From Dehalococcoidia bacterium (GTDB lineage Bacteria; Chloroflexota; Dehalococcoidia; Lucifugimonadales; VXLM01), in NCBI GenBank assembly GCA_963662435.1, contig OY759598.1, positions 3,752,507 to 3,816,506 on the forward strand: a DNA stretch of 64,000 nucleotides, read 5' to 3'. Within the stretch, counting starts at the first letter, position 1, and each line of letters starts with the position of its first letter. The translations under genes and the position numbers were made by a program. This document shows, in pieces, positions 29,999-38,913 of this stretch. Under the pieces are notes generated by a model. The model searched no databases, was not told where the DNA came from, and worked only from the letters and a program-made list of their open reading frames with translations.

Positions 29999-32416
29999 AT
30001 GGTCCACTCCGCCACCGGGAAAAGATTCCCCATCGACCTCATTCGACGCAAGTCGCTCGACGCGCTCGACTACTCGGACGTGCAGGCGGCGGTGGTCGCC
30101 AACACGACGTTTCCGCTTGCGGAGGATCTTGCCAGGGAAATCTCTCCGGTCTACACGGCGCGGGAGATTGAGGAGCTGCAGCGTGAGACGCGGGACGGCG
30201 TGGCCTATCTCGAAGAGTCGGGCGACCCCGACCTGAGCGCAAGGGTGGACGCAGGCGAGGCCGTCGAACGGGCGAGTCTGGGTGGGGTGCTGACGGGAAA
30301 GGAACTGCTGGAAGTGGCGGACTCGCTGGAGGTGCTCGGACGGGCGCGGACGGCGTTTGCGCGCAACACGGCCAGCGCGCCAGTCCTGGCCGAGATTGCG
30401 TCAGGCATCCCCGATCTGTCAGATGTGCAGCGCCAGGTCAAGGCCAAGATAGGCATTCGCGGCGAGGTGCTCGACAGCGCGACTCCCACGCTCGGCCAAC
30501 TGCGCCGGAGCGTCCGGGCCGCATACCAGAGGACGGTCGAGGCACTTGAGCGGGTCATGCGCTCCCCCGTGGGCGAGGATGCGCTGCAGGACCAGGTGAT
30601 CTCGGTGCGGTCCGACCGTCTCGTATTGCAGGTCAGGACGGAGCTCCGACACAAGGTACCCGGCATCGTCCACGACGTCTCGAAGACGGACGCCACGCTC
30701 TTCATCGAGCCGTTCGCCACCGTCGACGCCTGCAACACCTGGCGTGAGCTGGCCCTCGAGGAAGATGAGGAGACCCGCAGGGTGCTCATGGATCTCTCGG
30801 AGCTTGTGGGCGAGGTGGCAGAAGACATCAGGGTGGGCATGAGGCTGACGGCCCGGCTCGACTTCATCATGGCGCGTGCGCGTTACAGCGCCCGGCTGAA
30901 CGGGGTTCCTGTGCAGGTGGGGCATAACGATGACGCCGGGCCCATCGTTATACGGCTCATGAAGGCGCGACATCCGCTCCTCGGAGACTCGGCCGTCCCC
31001 GTGACGGTTGGCATCGAGGAAGAATCGTCAGTGCTCGTGATAACCGGTCCCAACACCGGCGGCAAGACCGTCGCGATGAAGACGGTGGGAATGCTCGCGC
31101 TCATGCACCAGTCCGGCCTGTTCGTCCCTGCCGACGACGGGAGCGTTCTTCCCATCTTCGACGGGGTATTCGCAGATGTCGGCGATCAGCAGAGCATCGC
31201 GGGTTCGGTCTCGACGTTCAGCTCTCATATGCTGAATGTCATCGAGATCCTCGATCACGCCACGCCAAGGTCGCTCGTGCTCCTCGATGAGCTGGGAACG
31301 AGCACCGACCCGGAGGAGGGCTCGGCGCTCGCGAAGGCCGTCCTGGACCACCTTGCGCAGTCGGGCGTGAAGACCATCGTGACGACGCACCACCGGACGG
31401 TCGCCGCGTTTGCCGAGGCGTCTCCCGGCATGATGAACGCCAGCGTGGACCTCGAACCGAACTCGCTGCGTCCGACGTACCACCTGACGATGGGCGTGCC
31501 CGGACGGAGCTACGCAATGTCCGTGGCCCGCCGTCTTGGTCTGCCTGAGAAGATCATGGACGAGGCCTCCCGCATGATGGAGCCTCAGTACATGCAGTTC
31601 GAGGACTGGCTGGACGAGCTCCAGAGCCAGCGCATGCAGCTCAAGTCGATGCTCCAGGATGCCGAGGACGCCAAGCGCGAGGCAGAGTCGGCGACGAGGG
31701 CACTCCAGGACGAACTCAGCGATCTCCGTGACCGCCGCGAGGACATGCTCGATTCCATGCGGGCGGAGTTGTCGGCGCAGCTTGAGGGCGCGCAGCGTAT
31801 GCTCCGTCGAGCCGAGGCCGCCATGTCGTGGGAGGCCCCGGGCGGCGAGCCGGTCGACTACGAGGCCATCAAGCGCGCGCGCCTCGACTTGGAACAGGCG
31901 CGGACGGAAGTCGAAAAACACGAACGGGCATCGGTAGAAACTCAGCCCGAACCGGCGCGACCTGTGCGTGTTGGCGATGTCGTGAGAATACGGGGTCTGA
32001 ATTTGCAGGGCGCGGTACAGTCCATCGACGATGCGAATGAGGAGGCGACGGTGATCGTCGGCGATGCGCGATTCAGCCTCGACGTGAGCAGGTTGACTCC
32101 CGTCGAGGGCGACGTTGCACCTGAGGAGGACTCACCTGCCCGGAGCATCAACTACGACCTCGAGCCTGCCGTGATGAGCAATGAGCTGCACATCCGGGGA
32201 ATGCGGGCAGACGAAGCAGCGGTCTCCGTGGAGGAGTTCTTGGACAAGGCTCTCCGCAATGGTGCAGACTCCGTCCGAATCGTCCACGGCAAGGGACGGG
32301 GCGTCCTGCGTCAGAGCGTACAGGAGACCCTGGACAGGAACTCCCTCGTAAAGTCGTATCGCTACGCCGATCACCGTGAGGGAGGAATCGGCGTTACGGT
32401 GGTCGAACTCACGTGA
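29999..32416 (+). CDS. mutS2: MutS2 family ATPase with C-terminal Smr domain
   Basis: GPNTGGKT, STFSSH, LLDELG, coiled coil, KOW-like segment, IVHGKGRG, GG.GVT. Confidence 0.94.
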   Translation: MVHSATGKRFPIDLIRRKSLDALDYSDVQAAVVANTTFPLAEDLAREISPVYTAREIEELQRETRDGVAYLEESGDPDLSARVDAGEAVERASLGGVLTGKELLEVADSLEVLGRARTAFARNTASAPVLAEIASGIPDLSDVQRQVKAKIGIRGEVLDSATPTLGQLRRSVRAAYQRTVEALERVMRSPVGEDALQDQVISVRSDRLVLQVRTELRHKVPGIVHDVSKTDATLFIEPFATVDACNTWRELALEEDEETRRVLMDLSELVGEVAEDIRVGMRLTARLDFIMARARYSARLNGVPVQVGHNDDAGPIVIRLMKARHPLLGDSAVPVTVGIEEESSVLVITGPNTGGKTVAMKTVGMLALMHQSGLFVPADDGSVLPIFDGVFADVGDQQSIAGSVSTFSSHMLNVIEILDHATPRSLVLLDELGTSTDPEEGSALAKAVLDHLAQSGVKTIVTTHHRTVAAFAEASPGMMNASVDLEPNSLRPTYHLTMGVPGRSYAMSVARRLGLPEKIMDEASRMMEPQYMQFEDWLDELQSQRMQLKSMLQDAEDAKREAESATRALQDELSDLRDRREDMLDSMRAELSAQLEGAQRMLRRAEAAMSWEAPGGEPVDYEAIKRARLDLEQARTEVEKHERASVETQPEPARPVRVGDVVRIRGLNLQGAVQSIDDANEEATVIVGDARFSLDVSRLTPVEGDVAPEEDSPARSINYDLEPAVMSNELHIRGMRADEAAVSVEEFLDKALRNGADSVRIVHGKGRGVLRQSVQETLDRNSLVKSYRYADHREGGIGVTVVELT

Positions 32417-33114
32417 GGCATGCAGGGCTAACGCTGGCACTCCTCACGCTCATGCTCTGCATCGGGTGCGGCTCGGGCCTTCGTCCCGTGCTGGCAACAC
32501 CTGAGGGGTCCACGCAGTCCACCGTCGCTCCGACAAATCCAGGCACGGTGCTCAACAGGGTTACGAGCACTCCCACGGACACGCCGTCAAACGAGACCTC
32601 GACCGCCGCGACCTTGCCAGGCACGAACGAGACTTCAACCCGACCCGTCCTGCCAGCGACCACGCCGACTCCGAGCCCCGTCCCCACGTTCGAGAAACTT
32701 GAACCCAACGCCTCAGTCATCATCGGCGACACCGTCCTGCCCGTCGAACTGGCAGTCAACTCAGTGGAACGCACGAAAGGACTTTCGGACAGGGATGGCC
32801 TCGAACCCGGCACTGGAATGCTGTTCATCTTCGAAGACAGGGAGGCGTCATCGTTCTGGATGAGAAAGGTGCGATTTTCGCTGGACTTCGTGTGGATATC
32901 CGAAGAGTGCCGCGTCGTGGACATTACGCCGGACGTACCCTTTCCGGAGCCGGGCACGGAAACGTCCGATCTGCCTTCCTATAGCTCCGCAGTGCCGGCG
33001 GCATACAATCTTGAGATCAACGGCGGTGAGGCGAAATTGTTTGGAATCAACGTAGGCGATACTGTACGATTCACTGGAATTCCGGATCACGTAGGCGACA
33101 CGTGCGAAAGATAA
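32413..33114 (+). CDS. DUF192 family lipoprotein
   Basis: Lipobox CIGC, Pro/Thr linker, ERTKGL, GMLFIF, FWM, LEINGG. Confidence 0.85.
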   Translation: MRHAGLTLALLTLMLCIGCGSGLRPVLATPEGSTQSTVAPTNPGTVLNRVTSTPTDTPSNETSTAATLPGTNETSTRPVLPATTPTPSPVPTFEKLEPNASVIIGDTVLPVELAVNSVERTKGLSDRDGLEPGTGMLFIFEDREASSFWMRKVRFSLDFVWISEECRVVDITPDVPFPEPGTETSDLPSYSSAVPAAYNLEINGGEAKLFGINVGDTVRFTGIPDHVGDTCER

Positions 33115-33195
33115 TACTGGGCCATTTGGACGTACCGACCGCCGGCATCGTGAAGACAACACCATCCCGTCCAACATCAATGGCGACGTATTAGA

Positions 33196-36100
33196 ATGCA
33201 CTCCCTCACAATCTGGGGACTGGTACGCAGACGTGTTTCAAACAGCCGCTGGCTCCTGGCCAGCGTGCTGATCGGCGTCCTGGCAGCCGCAACGCTTGTT
33301 TCAGCTGTGCCGGTATACATCGCGTCCCTCACGCAGTTGAGCATAAACCTCGAGATTGACGACCTCGGCAGGTCGGGCACGACGGCATTCATATTCACCA
33401 ACAACCTCATTCTCACTGAGTCGCGATTCGAGGAGATCGAGGGGATCGTCGACGATGCGGTCGATAGCCACATCCGTCCGGTCTTTGGCGGGCGAGAGAG
33501 AATCCTCAGCACTCACAATCTCTGGATCGGCGTGGGCGAGACCCAGGAGCAGACGGGCCTCACGCCTCCCACGGCGATAGTTCGCAGCCTCACCAACGGC
33601 GAATCCTTCTTCAAAATGGTCTCCGGCACCCACGCCGGCCCGACCGTTCTACAGGGACCGGACGGGCCTGTCATTGAGGCGGTCGTCAGTGAGAACGCGT
33701 TTGAACTGTACGGTATCGGCGTGGGAGACGAGGTGACCGTAAGCTCTGCGGCGGAGGCACCGGCCAGGATAACCATACGCGTCGTGGGGATCGTCGATAA
33801 TACGAGCCTCGACGACACTTTGGTCTCTATCGCGACCGGTATGCTCAACCCGCCGGTCCGGTACGACCCTGAGTCCGGTCCTCCGCCCCTGCCGCTCTTC
33901 ATAACGGAGAATGCCGTCTCCGAGGCGGTCAGTCCGACCCTCCCCGGCACCGTCATGGACGCCATATGGTTCATTCAGATGGAGCCGGACGCGCTCAAGA
34001 CTTGGTCCGGTGAAGAGACTCTCAGGCGACTTGACGACTTCGAGAGAGAGTTGAACGATGAGCTGTTCGGCACGAACGTATTGTCGCCGCTGCCGCGCGT
34101 CATCAATGGCGCGGAGGCGAGGGCATTCTTCGCCCGCACGCCAATGATTCTTCTACTCGCGGTCCTTGCTGTGACGGTCGTGTTTTACCTTGGAACCATG
34201 GTCAGCTACCTCGTGCGAAGCAGGGAAGAAGACCTCGCGCTCATCCGCACGAGGGGTTTTGGCCTCGTCGCCCTGCTACGCATCTACTCGTTTGAAGGCG
34301 TACTGATCACCCTGTCAGCGGTGATCGTTTCGCCACTCCTTGCGATAGCGCTCGTCATGGCGGCTGGGTTTGCCCCACAATTTCGAGAGCTAACCGGCGG
34401 GGGGCCGCTGCCCATTGTTCCCCAGGCGTTACCGTTCATTGTCGCCGGAGTTGTTGGTCTGATCTGTCTCGCCGCTGTGGTGCTTCCAAGCGTGATGATG
34501 GCGCGCGGGGGGATCCTGGCCCAGCGCTTCTCGGCTGCCCGACCTCCCGGCGCCTCATTCATCCACCGATACCATCTGGATATCCTCCTGCTGGTCATTG
34601 GCGGGATGGTCTTCTGGGAGCTCCAGGCGCGTGGACAGATCGTGTCAGGCGGACTCTTTGGGGAAGTGGATGTGAACGAGGCCCTGCTGCTGGCTCCCAT
34701 CCTGTTCCTCATGGCCGTTGGACTCCTGTTCATGCGCTTCTTCCCTCTGCTCGCCAGCTACATCGGAGGGGAGTCGCCCGCATTGCTCCACGCGGTAGCG
34801 ACGGTGTCTTTAGGCGTACTCATTCCCGTCGTCGTGATAAACGGCCTTCGGGGCGAGGGCGTCGAGAACTGGCCCGTGGCCGCGGCAATTCTTGCGGTAT
34901 TCGGCGGTGTCTATTGGGCCTCGTCGAGGACCGATCTGAAGGTGGTTGCCGTGGCGGGCATTCTCCTGCAGGCGGTCCTGGTGTTCGCCTTCTATCGCAC
35001 AAGCTCACTCGAAACGGGCAGCGTTCTGTTCTGGCCGTTCGTCGCCCTCGCGGCAGTCCCAGTCGGCAGACCGCTCTTTCTTGTACTCCGGATGGCGACC
35101 CGTATCACGCCGATCTGGGTGGCAATCATCCTCAGGCACGTCATCAGGCAGCCAACGCAGTACACCTGGCTGGTCGTGCTGGTCGTACTCGTTACCGGAG
35201 TAAGTGTTCTTGCGACGACTGTCGGAGGGACCCTGGAGAGGACCAGGCTCGACCGCGTGCGGCACTACGTTGCCGGTGATGTCCGGGTCAACCTTGCACG
35301 GCAGTTCATCGGCGGGGTGTCTTCGTTCCGCGAAAGACCGTCAGTGGCGCTCGCCGCTGAGGCCGTCCGCACCGATGGATCGTTCGGTCCGCTCAACTTC
35401 GAGGTGTTCGGCATCGATTCCGCCCAGTTCGATCGAATCTCCTGGTATCGCGACGACTTCTCCGAGCGTCCCTTGGCCGAAGTGGTCGCAGACCTCCGAC
35501 CGCAAGCAGGGTCGTCCGTTGCCGTCTTGCCTGAAGGTACGACGAGCATCGGCCTGTGGGCCCTGCCGGCCGAGCACTATCCCGGGCTGGACATCAATAT
35601 TCTTCTCCGAGCGAGGGATGGGCTCCTCAACACGCTATTTATGGAGGAGGTCGGCGACCCCGAGTGGAAGCTCATGACAACGGAGATCCCCGGCTGGATG
35701 CAGCAGCCGGTTACGCTGGTCGCCGTGCACGTGCAGGACCACGGCGACATCCGCCAGAGGGGGATAACGGCCGGCACGATCCTGGTCGATGAAATCCACG
35801 CGGTCGTCGGAGAAGAGGGCCGTACCGTGGTCATTGAGGACTTTGAGAGCTCCGTTTTCACGTGGCTGCCCATCGTTACCGATCCCCTTCGACCTGACAT
35901 GCTGGAGCATTTCACCGCAGGGGCCTATCGCGGCAGCGCTTCGGCCAAGTTCACGTTCGGCCAGACAACGGACCACGGCGTGCGTGGGTTCTACAAGGCC
36001 CCAACTCGAAAATTCCTGCCGGTCGTATTTTCCGAGACACTGCTGGAGCAATCGGGAATGTGGATTGGAGTCACCACCACCCTGAAGCTTGCCGGACGAC

Positions 36101-36804
36101 AGATAACAGTCGTCGTTACCGACGCCGTCGAGAATTTCCCGACGATGAGCGAACGCACCGACAGGTTCGTAATCACCGACGTCGACCTGCTGCTGGGCCA
36201 CGTTAACGTCCTGAGCTCCGTGTATGCCCTGGACCCGAACGAGGTCTACATAAGCACCGCCTCCGACGAGAATGACGAGGTCGAGGCGCTCTCCGCCGAG
36301 CTGAGCGAGAAGCTCTTCATGCAGACGAGCGACCGCGTAACGTTGTTGGAGGAGACAAACGTTTCGCCGGCCATGACTGCCGGTTGGCGCGCCCTCGCGC
36401 TGTTTTCTCTTGTCATCGCGGTCGCCGCGGCCGCGGCCGGGTACGTGAGCTATCTCATACTGGCAGACCGGCGCCGTCGTGTCGAAGCCGGATTCCTCCG
36501 CTCACTCGGGTTAACGGGTAAACAGCTTGTCGCTCTCATTGCATTCGAGCAGATGGCCATCATCGCCATAGCATTGGCGCTTGGAACATGGGCAGGATTT
36601 CGCATGAGCCTGCTGATAGTGTCACCTCTGGCCGTGAGCGAAGCGGGAGGAACCATCGTTCCATCCCTGCTCACGATGACGGACTGGACGTTACTCGCGC
36701 CGGTATACGTGGCCCTCTTCGTGGTCTTCCTCGCCATCATGATCGTTGCAAGCCTCCGGGCCCTGCGAGTCGATCTGGCGACCATCGCCAAGATGGAGGC
36801 GTGA
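33196..36804 (+). CDS. Very large FtsX/MacB-like ABC permease
   Basis: Two FtsX-type units (REEDLALIRTRG and RRVEAGFLRSLG) with large extracytoplasmic domains. Confidence 0.75.
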   Translation: MHSLTIWGLVRRRVSNSRWLLASVLIGVLAAATLVSAVPVYIASLTQLSINLEIDDLGRSGTTAFIFTNNLILTESRFEEIEGIVDDAVDSHIRPVFGGRERILSTHNLWIGVGETQEQTGLTPPTAIVRSLTNGESFFKMVSGTHAGPTVLQGPDGPVIEAVVSENAFELYGIGVGDEVTVSSAAEAPARITIRVVGIVDNTSLDDTLVSIATGMLNPPVRYDPESGPPPLPLFITENAVSEAVSPTLPGTVMDAIWFIQMEPDALKTWSGEETLRRLDDFERELNDELFGTNVLSPLPRVINGAEARAFFARTPMILLLAVLAVTVVFYLGTMVSYLVRSREEDLALIRTRGFGLVALLRIYSFEGVLITLSAVIVSPLLAIALVMAAGFAPQFRELTGGGPLPIVPQALPFIVAGVVGLICLAAVVLPSVMMARGGILAQRFSAARPPGASFIHRYHLDILLLVIGGMVFWELQARGQIVSGGLFGEVDVNEALLLAPILFLMAVGLLFMRFFPLLASYIGGESPALLHAVATVSLGVLIPVVVINGLRGEGVENWPVAAAILAVFGGVYWASSRTDLKVVAVAGILLQAVLVFAFYRTSSLETGSVLFWPFVALAAVPVGRPLFLVLRMATRITPIWVAIILRHVIRQPTQYTWLVVLVVLVTGVSVLATTVGGTLERTRLDRVRHYVAGDVRVNLARQFIGGVSSFRERPSVALAAEAVRTDGSFGPLNFEVFGIDSAQFDRISWYRDDFSERPLAEVVADLRPQAGSSVAVLPEGTTSIGLWALPAEHYPGLDINILLRARDGLLNTLFMEEVGDPEWKLMTTEIPGWMQQPVTLVAVHVQDHGDIRQRGITAGTILVDEIHAVVGEEGRTVVIEDFESSVFTWLPIVTDPLRPDMLEHFTAGAYRGSASAKFTFGQTTDHGVRGFYKAPTRKFLPVVFSETLLEQSGMWIGVTTTLKLAGRQITVVVTDAVENFPTMSERTDRFVITDVDLLLGHVNVLSSVYALDPNEVYISTASDENDEVEALSAELSEKLFMQTSDRVTLLEETNVSPAMTAGWRALALFSLVIAVAAAAAGYVSYLILADRRRRVEAGFLRSLGLTGKQLVALIAFEQMAIIAIALALGTWAGFRMSLLIVSPLAVSEAGGTIVPSLLTMTDWTLLAPVYVALFVVFLAIMIVASLRALRVDLATIAKMEA

Positions 36805-36807
36805 GTT

Positions 36808-37578
36808 TCAGAGGGCAGTGTAGCCCCCATCTACCGCCAGTTCCGCACCGGTGATGAACGACGACTCGTCCGAGGCCAGGAAGAGGATGACACTGGCGAT
36901 TTCCTCCGGTTCGCCGAGCCGTCCCATCGGCACCTTTGCCAATCGAGACTCCACCTGACCCGGTTCATGCAACAGCGGCTCGAACATCGGCGTCAGGACG
37001 AATCCCGGATGTGTGGTGTTGACCCGGATGTTTTCCCTGGCGTATTGGACAGCCGCCGTCTTGGCAAAGATACGCATAGCACCCTTCGCCGTGTGGTAGC
37101 CCGTGGATGACCCGCCTCCCACCAGTCCGGCCAGCGACGAGATCAGGACTATAGAACCGCCTCCAACCTTCCGCATCTCAGGAATCGAGTGCTTCGTCCC
37201 GAAGAACGCTCCCTTGGCATGAGTATTCATCTGGGCGTCCCACAGTTCCTCGGTTGTGTCCTCGACGGTCGTGCGAAACGTTACCCCGGCGGAATGCACC
37301 AGCACGTCGAGCCGCCCGTACAAGTCCACCGTTCTGGCGATGACGTCCTGCCATGCGGCTTCGTCAGTTACATCGAGGTGGAAGTATGACGCTTCGAATC
37401 CCTCGGCGCGAATCTGCGCGGCGGCCTCATCGCCGAGAGGGTCGTTCACGTCGGTCAGGACAACGCTCGCTCCCTCGCGCGCCAACAGCCGTGCGGCGGT
37501 ACCGCCCAGTCCCCTCAGGCGGCCCTCGACGCCCGTGGCGGCTCCTGTCAGCAGGGCGACTTTGCCTTCAACACGCAC
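36808..37578 (-). CDS. Classical SDR oxidoreductase
   Basis: TGAA..G.G with insertion, HSAG, YHTAK, PG, DGG. Confidence 0.92.
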   Translation of the reverse strand: MRVEGKVALLTGAATGVEGRLRGLGGTAARLLAREGASVVLTDVNDPLGDEAAAQIRAEGFEASYFHLDVTDEAAWQDVIARTVDLYGRLDVLVHSAGVTFRTTVEDTTEELWDAQMNTHAKGAFFGTKHSIPEMRKVGGGSIVLISSLAGLVGGGSSTGYHTAKGAMRIFAKTAAVQYARENIRVNTTHPGFVLTPMFEPLLHEPGQVESRLAKVPMGRLGEPEEIASVILFLASDESSFITGAELAVDGGYTAL

Positions 37579-37594
37579 GCTGATGTCTCCGTCG

Positions 37595-38734
37595 CTATTC
37601 GTCGCTGACCGTGACGCGGCCCACCATGCCCCGGTGGATGGGACACGAGTACGAAAATGTCCCCGCCTCGGTGAAGGTCAGCGAGTACCCCAGTCCACCC
37701 GGACGCTGTCCGTACCCAATCAGCCCGGAGCTCCGGAAGCCCGTGCCGTCGTATTCGTGTGAGGGCAGTTCCTCCGGCGGTGGAGTGCAGGGATTGTCGG
37801 GAAAGGTATCGCCCGGCGCCTGGTCGGAAGGGAACAGGACGCACGAGTTCGCAACAATATAGGGAGTGCCGCGAGCGCGCCGTTCGGTCTCGTAGAAGAT
37901 GGGAATCCCGTCGTCCCCGGCGAACACAACGGCATGGAACCGCGTCGAAACCCACGAGACCGTGTCACCCTTCTTGATCTGGAGGTTTCGCGGGAAGAAC
38001 TCCAGCACCTCGGCCTCCGGCGTGCCCATGCCCGCCGCCACCATGTACCGCGACGTTCCGTCGGGCCCGACCTCCACGTCCAGCACGGTCGTCTCTTCGG
38101 CGACCAGTGTTTGCAGCGAGTTCACGATCCCAAGGCCGAACTCCATCTGAATCCGTGCCTCCCGGTCGATGTCTTCCTGGGTAGGCATGTCGGGATCGGA
38201 CGCCTCCATTACGACAACCGTTCCGCGATGGAACTCGTGGATGCCGCAGATATAGCGGTATATCCCCGGCTCGGGAAAATTCATCGAGAATGTATCGATC
38301 ATCGGCACGTCCGCGCCGATCTGGTAGCCAAACATGATCCCGGAGTTGAAGTAGCCGCCCTCCCGGTACTCCTCCACCGGTCCCCCCGGCCTGCGCGAAG
38401 GGTCGACGAGCGTCGGCGCGAAGATGAACTCGCCAGGGGCGGCGTTTGGCCTCGGAACGATATCCACCACCTCGTTCAGGTCATGGGCAAAGGTCACCGT
38501 GTGTGGGTCGTCCGCATTCCCGTTCATGCGCCACGTCACGGTGTCTCCGGCCCGGATCTCCACGGAGCGCGGGAAGTACTCATTCAGCGAGCTGGTTCCC
38601 CTCGCTCCGCCGACCAGCACTGTCAGGTCGCGTGGGGCGAAAACGGCCGGTTGCTCTTCCTCATCCGATTCGGTCTCGCCGCACGCAACGATCAAGGCGG
38701 CGAGCAACGGCAGGAGTATGATCAGTTGCTTCAT
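37595..38734 (-). CDS. Double cupredoxin (plastocyanin-like) lipoprotein
   Basis: Lipobox IVAC; PHTVTF...YICGIH and FHAVVF...YSCPIHRGM. Confidence 0.82.
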   Translation of the reverse strand: MKQLIILLPLLAALIVACGETESDEEEQPAVFAPRDLTVLVGGARGTSSLNEYFPRSVEIRAGDTVTWRMNGNADDPHTVTFAHDLNEVVDIVPRPNAAPGEFIFAPTLVDPSRRPGGPVEEYREGGYFNSGIMFGYQIGADVPMIDTFSMNFPEPGIYRYICGIHEFHRGTVVVMEASDPDMPTQEDIDREARIQMEFGLGIVNSLQTLVAEETTVLDVEVGPDGTSRYMVAAGMGTPEAEVLEFFPRNLQIKKGDTVSWVSTRFHAVVFAGDDGIPIFYETERRARGTPYIVANSCVLFPSDQAPGDTFPDNPCTPPPEELPSHEYDGTGFRSSGLIGYGQRPGGLGYSLTFTEAGTFSYSCPIHRGMVGRVTVSDE

Positions 38735-38819
38735 TCAGGTAGTCCCAACGTCAACTTTCGACGATAGGGTACAGCTACGCAACGCTCCCGGTCTACCTCC
38801 CGAAATCGCAAATCGACAA

Positions 38820-38849
38820 TTGACCGGGTCCGAGAGACAGGACTATGAT
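38820..38849 (+). promoter_or_regulatory. Promoter TTGACC-N18-TATGAT
   Basis: Near-consensus hexamers upstream of the ORF at 38914. Confidence 0.55.
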
Positions 38850-38913
38850 TTCGCCACTGTCCCCTGTGTCAGATCAACCTGAATTAGGGAATCCGGAATA
38901 GGAGCGTCCCAAA

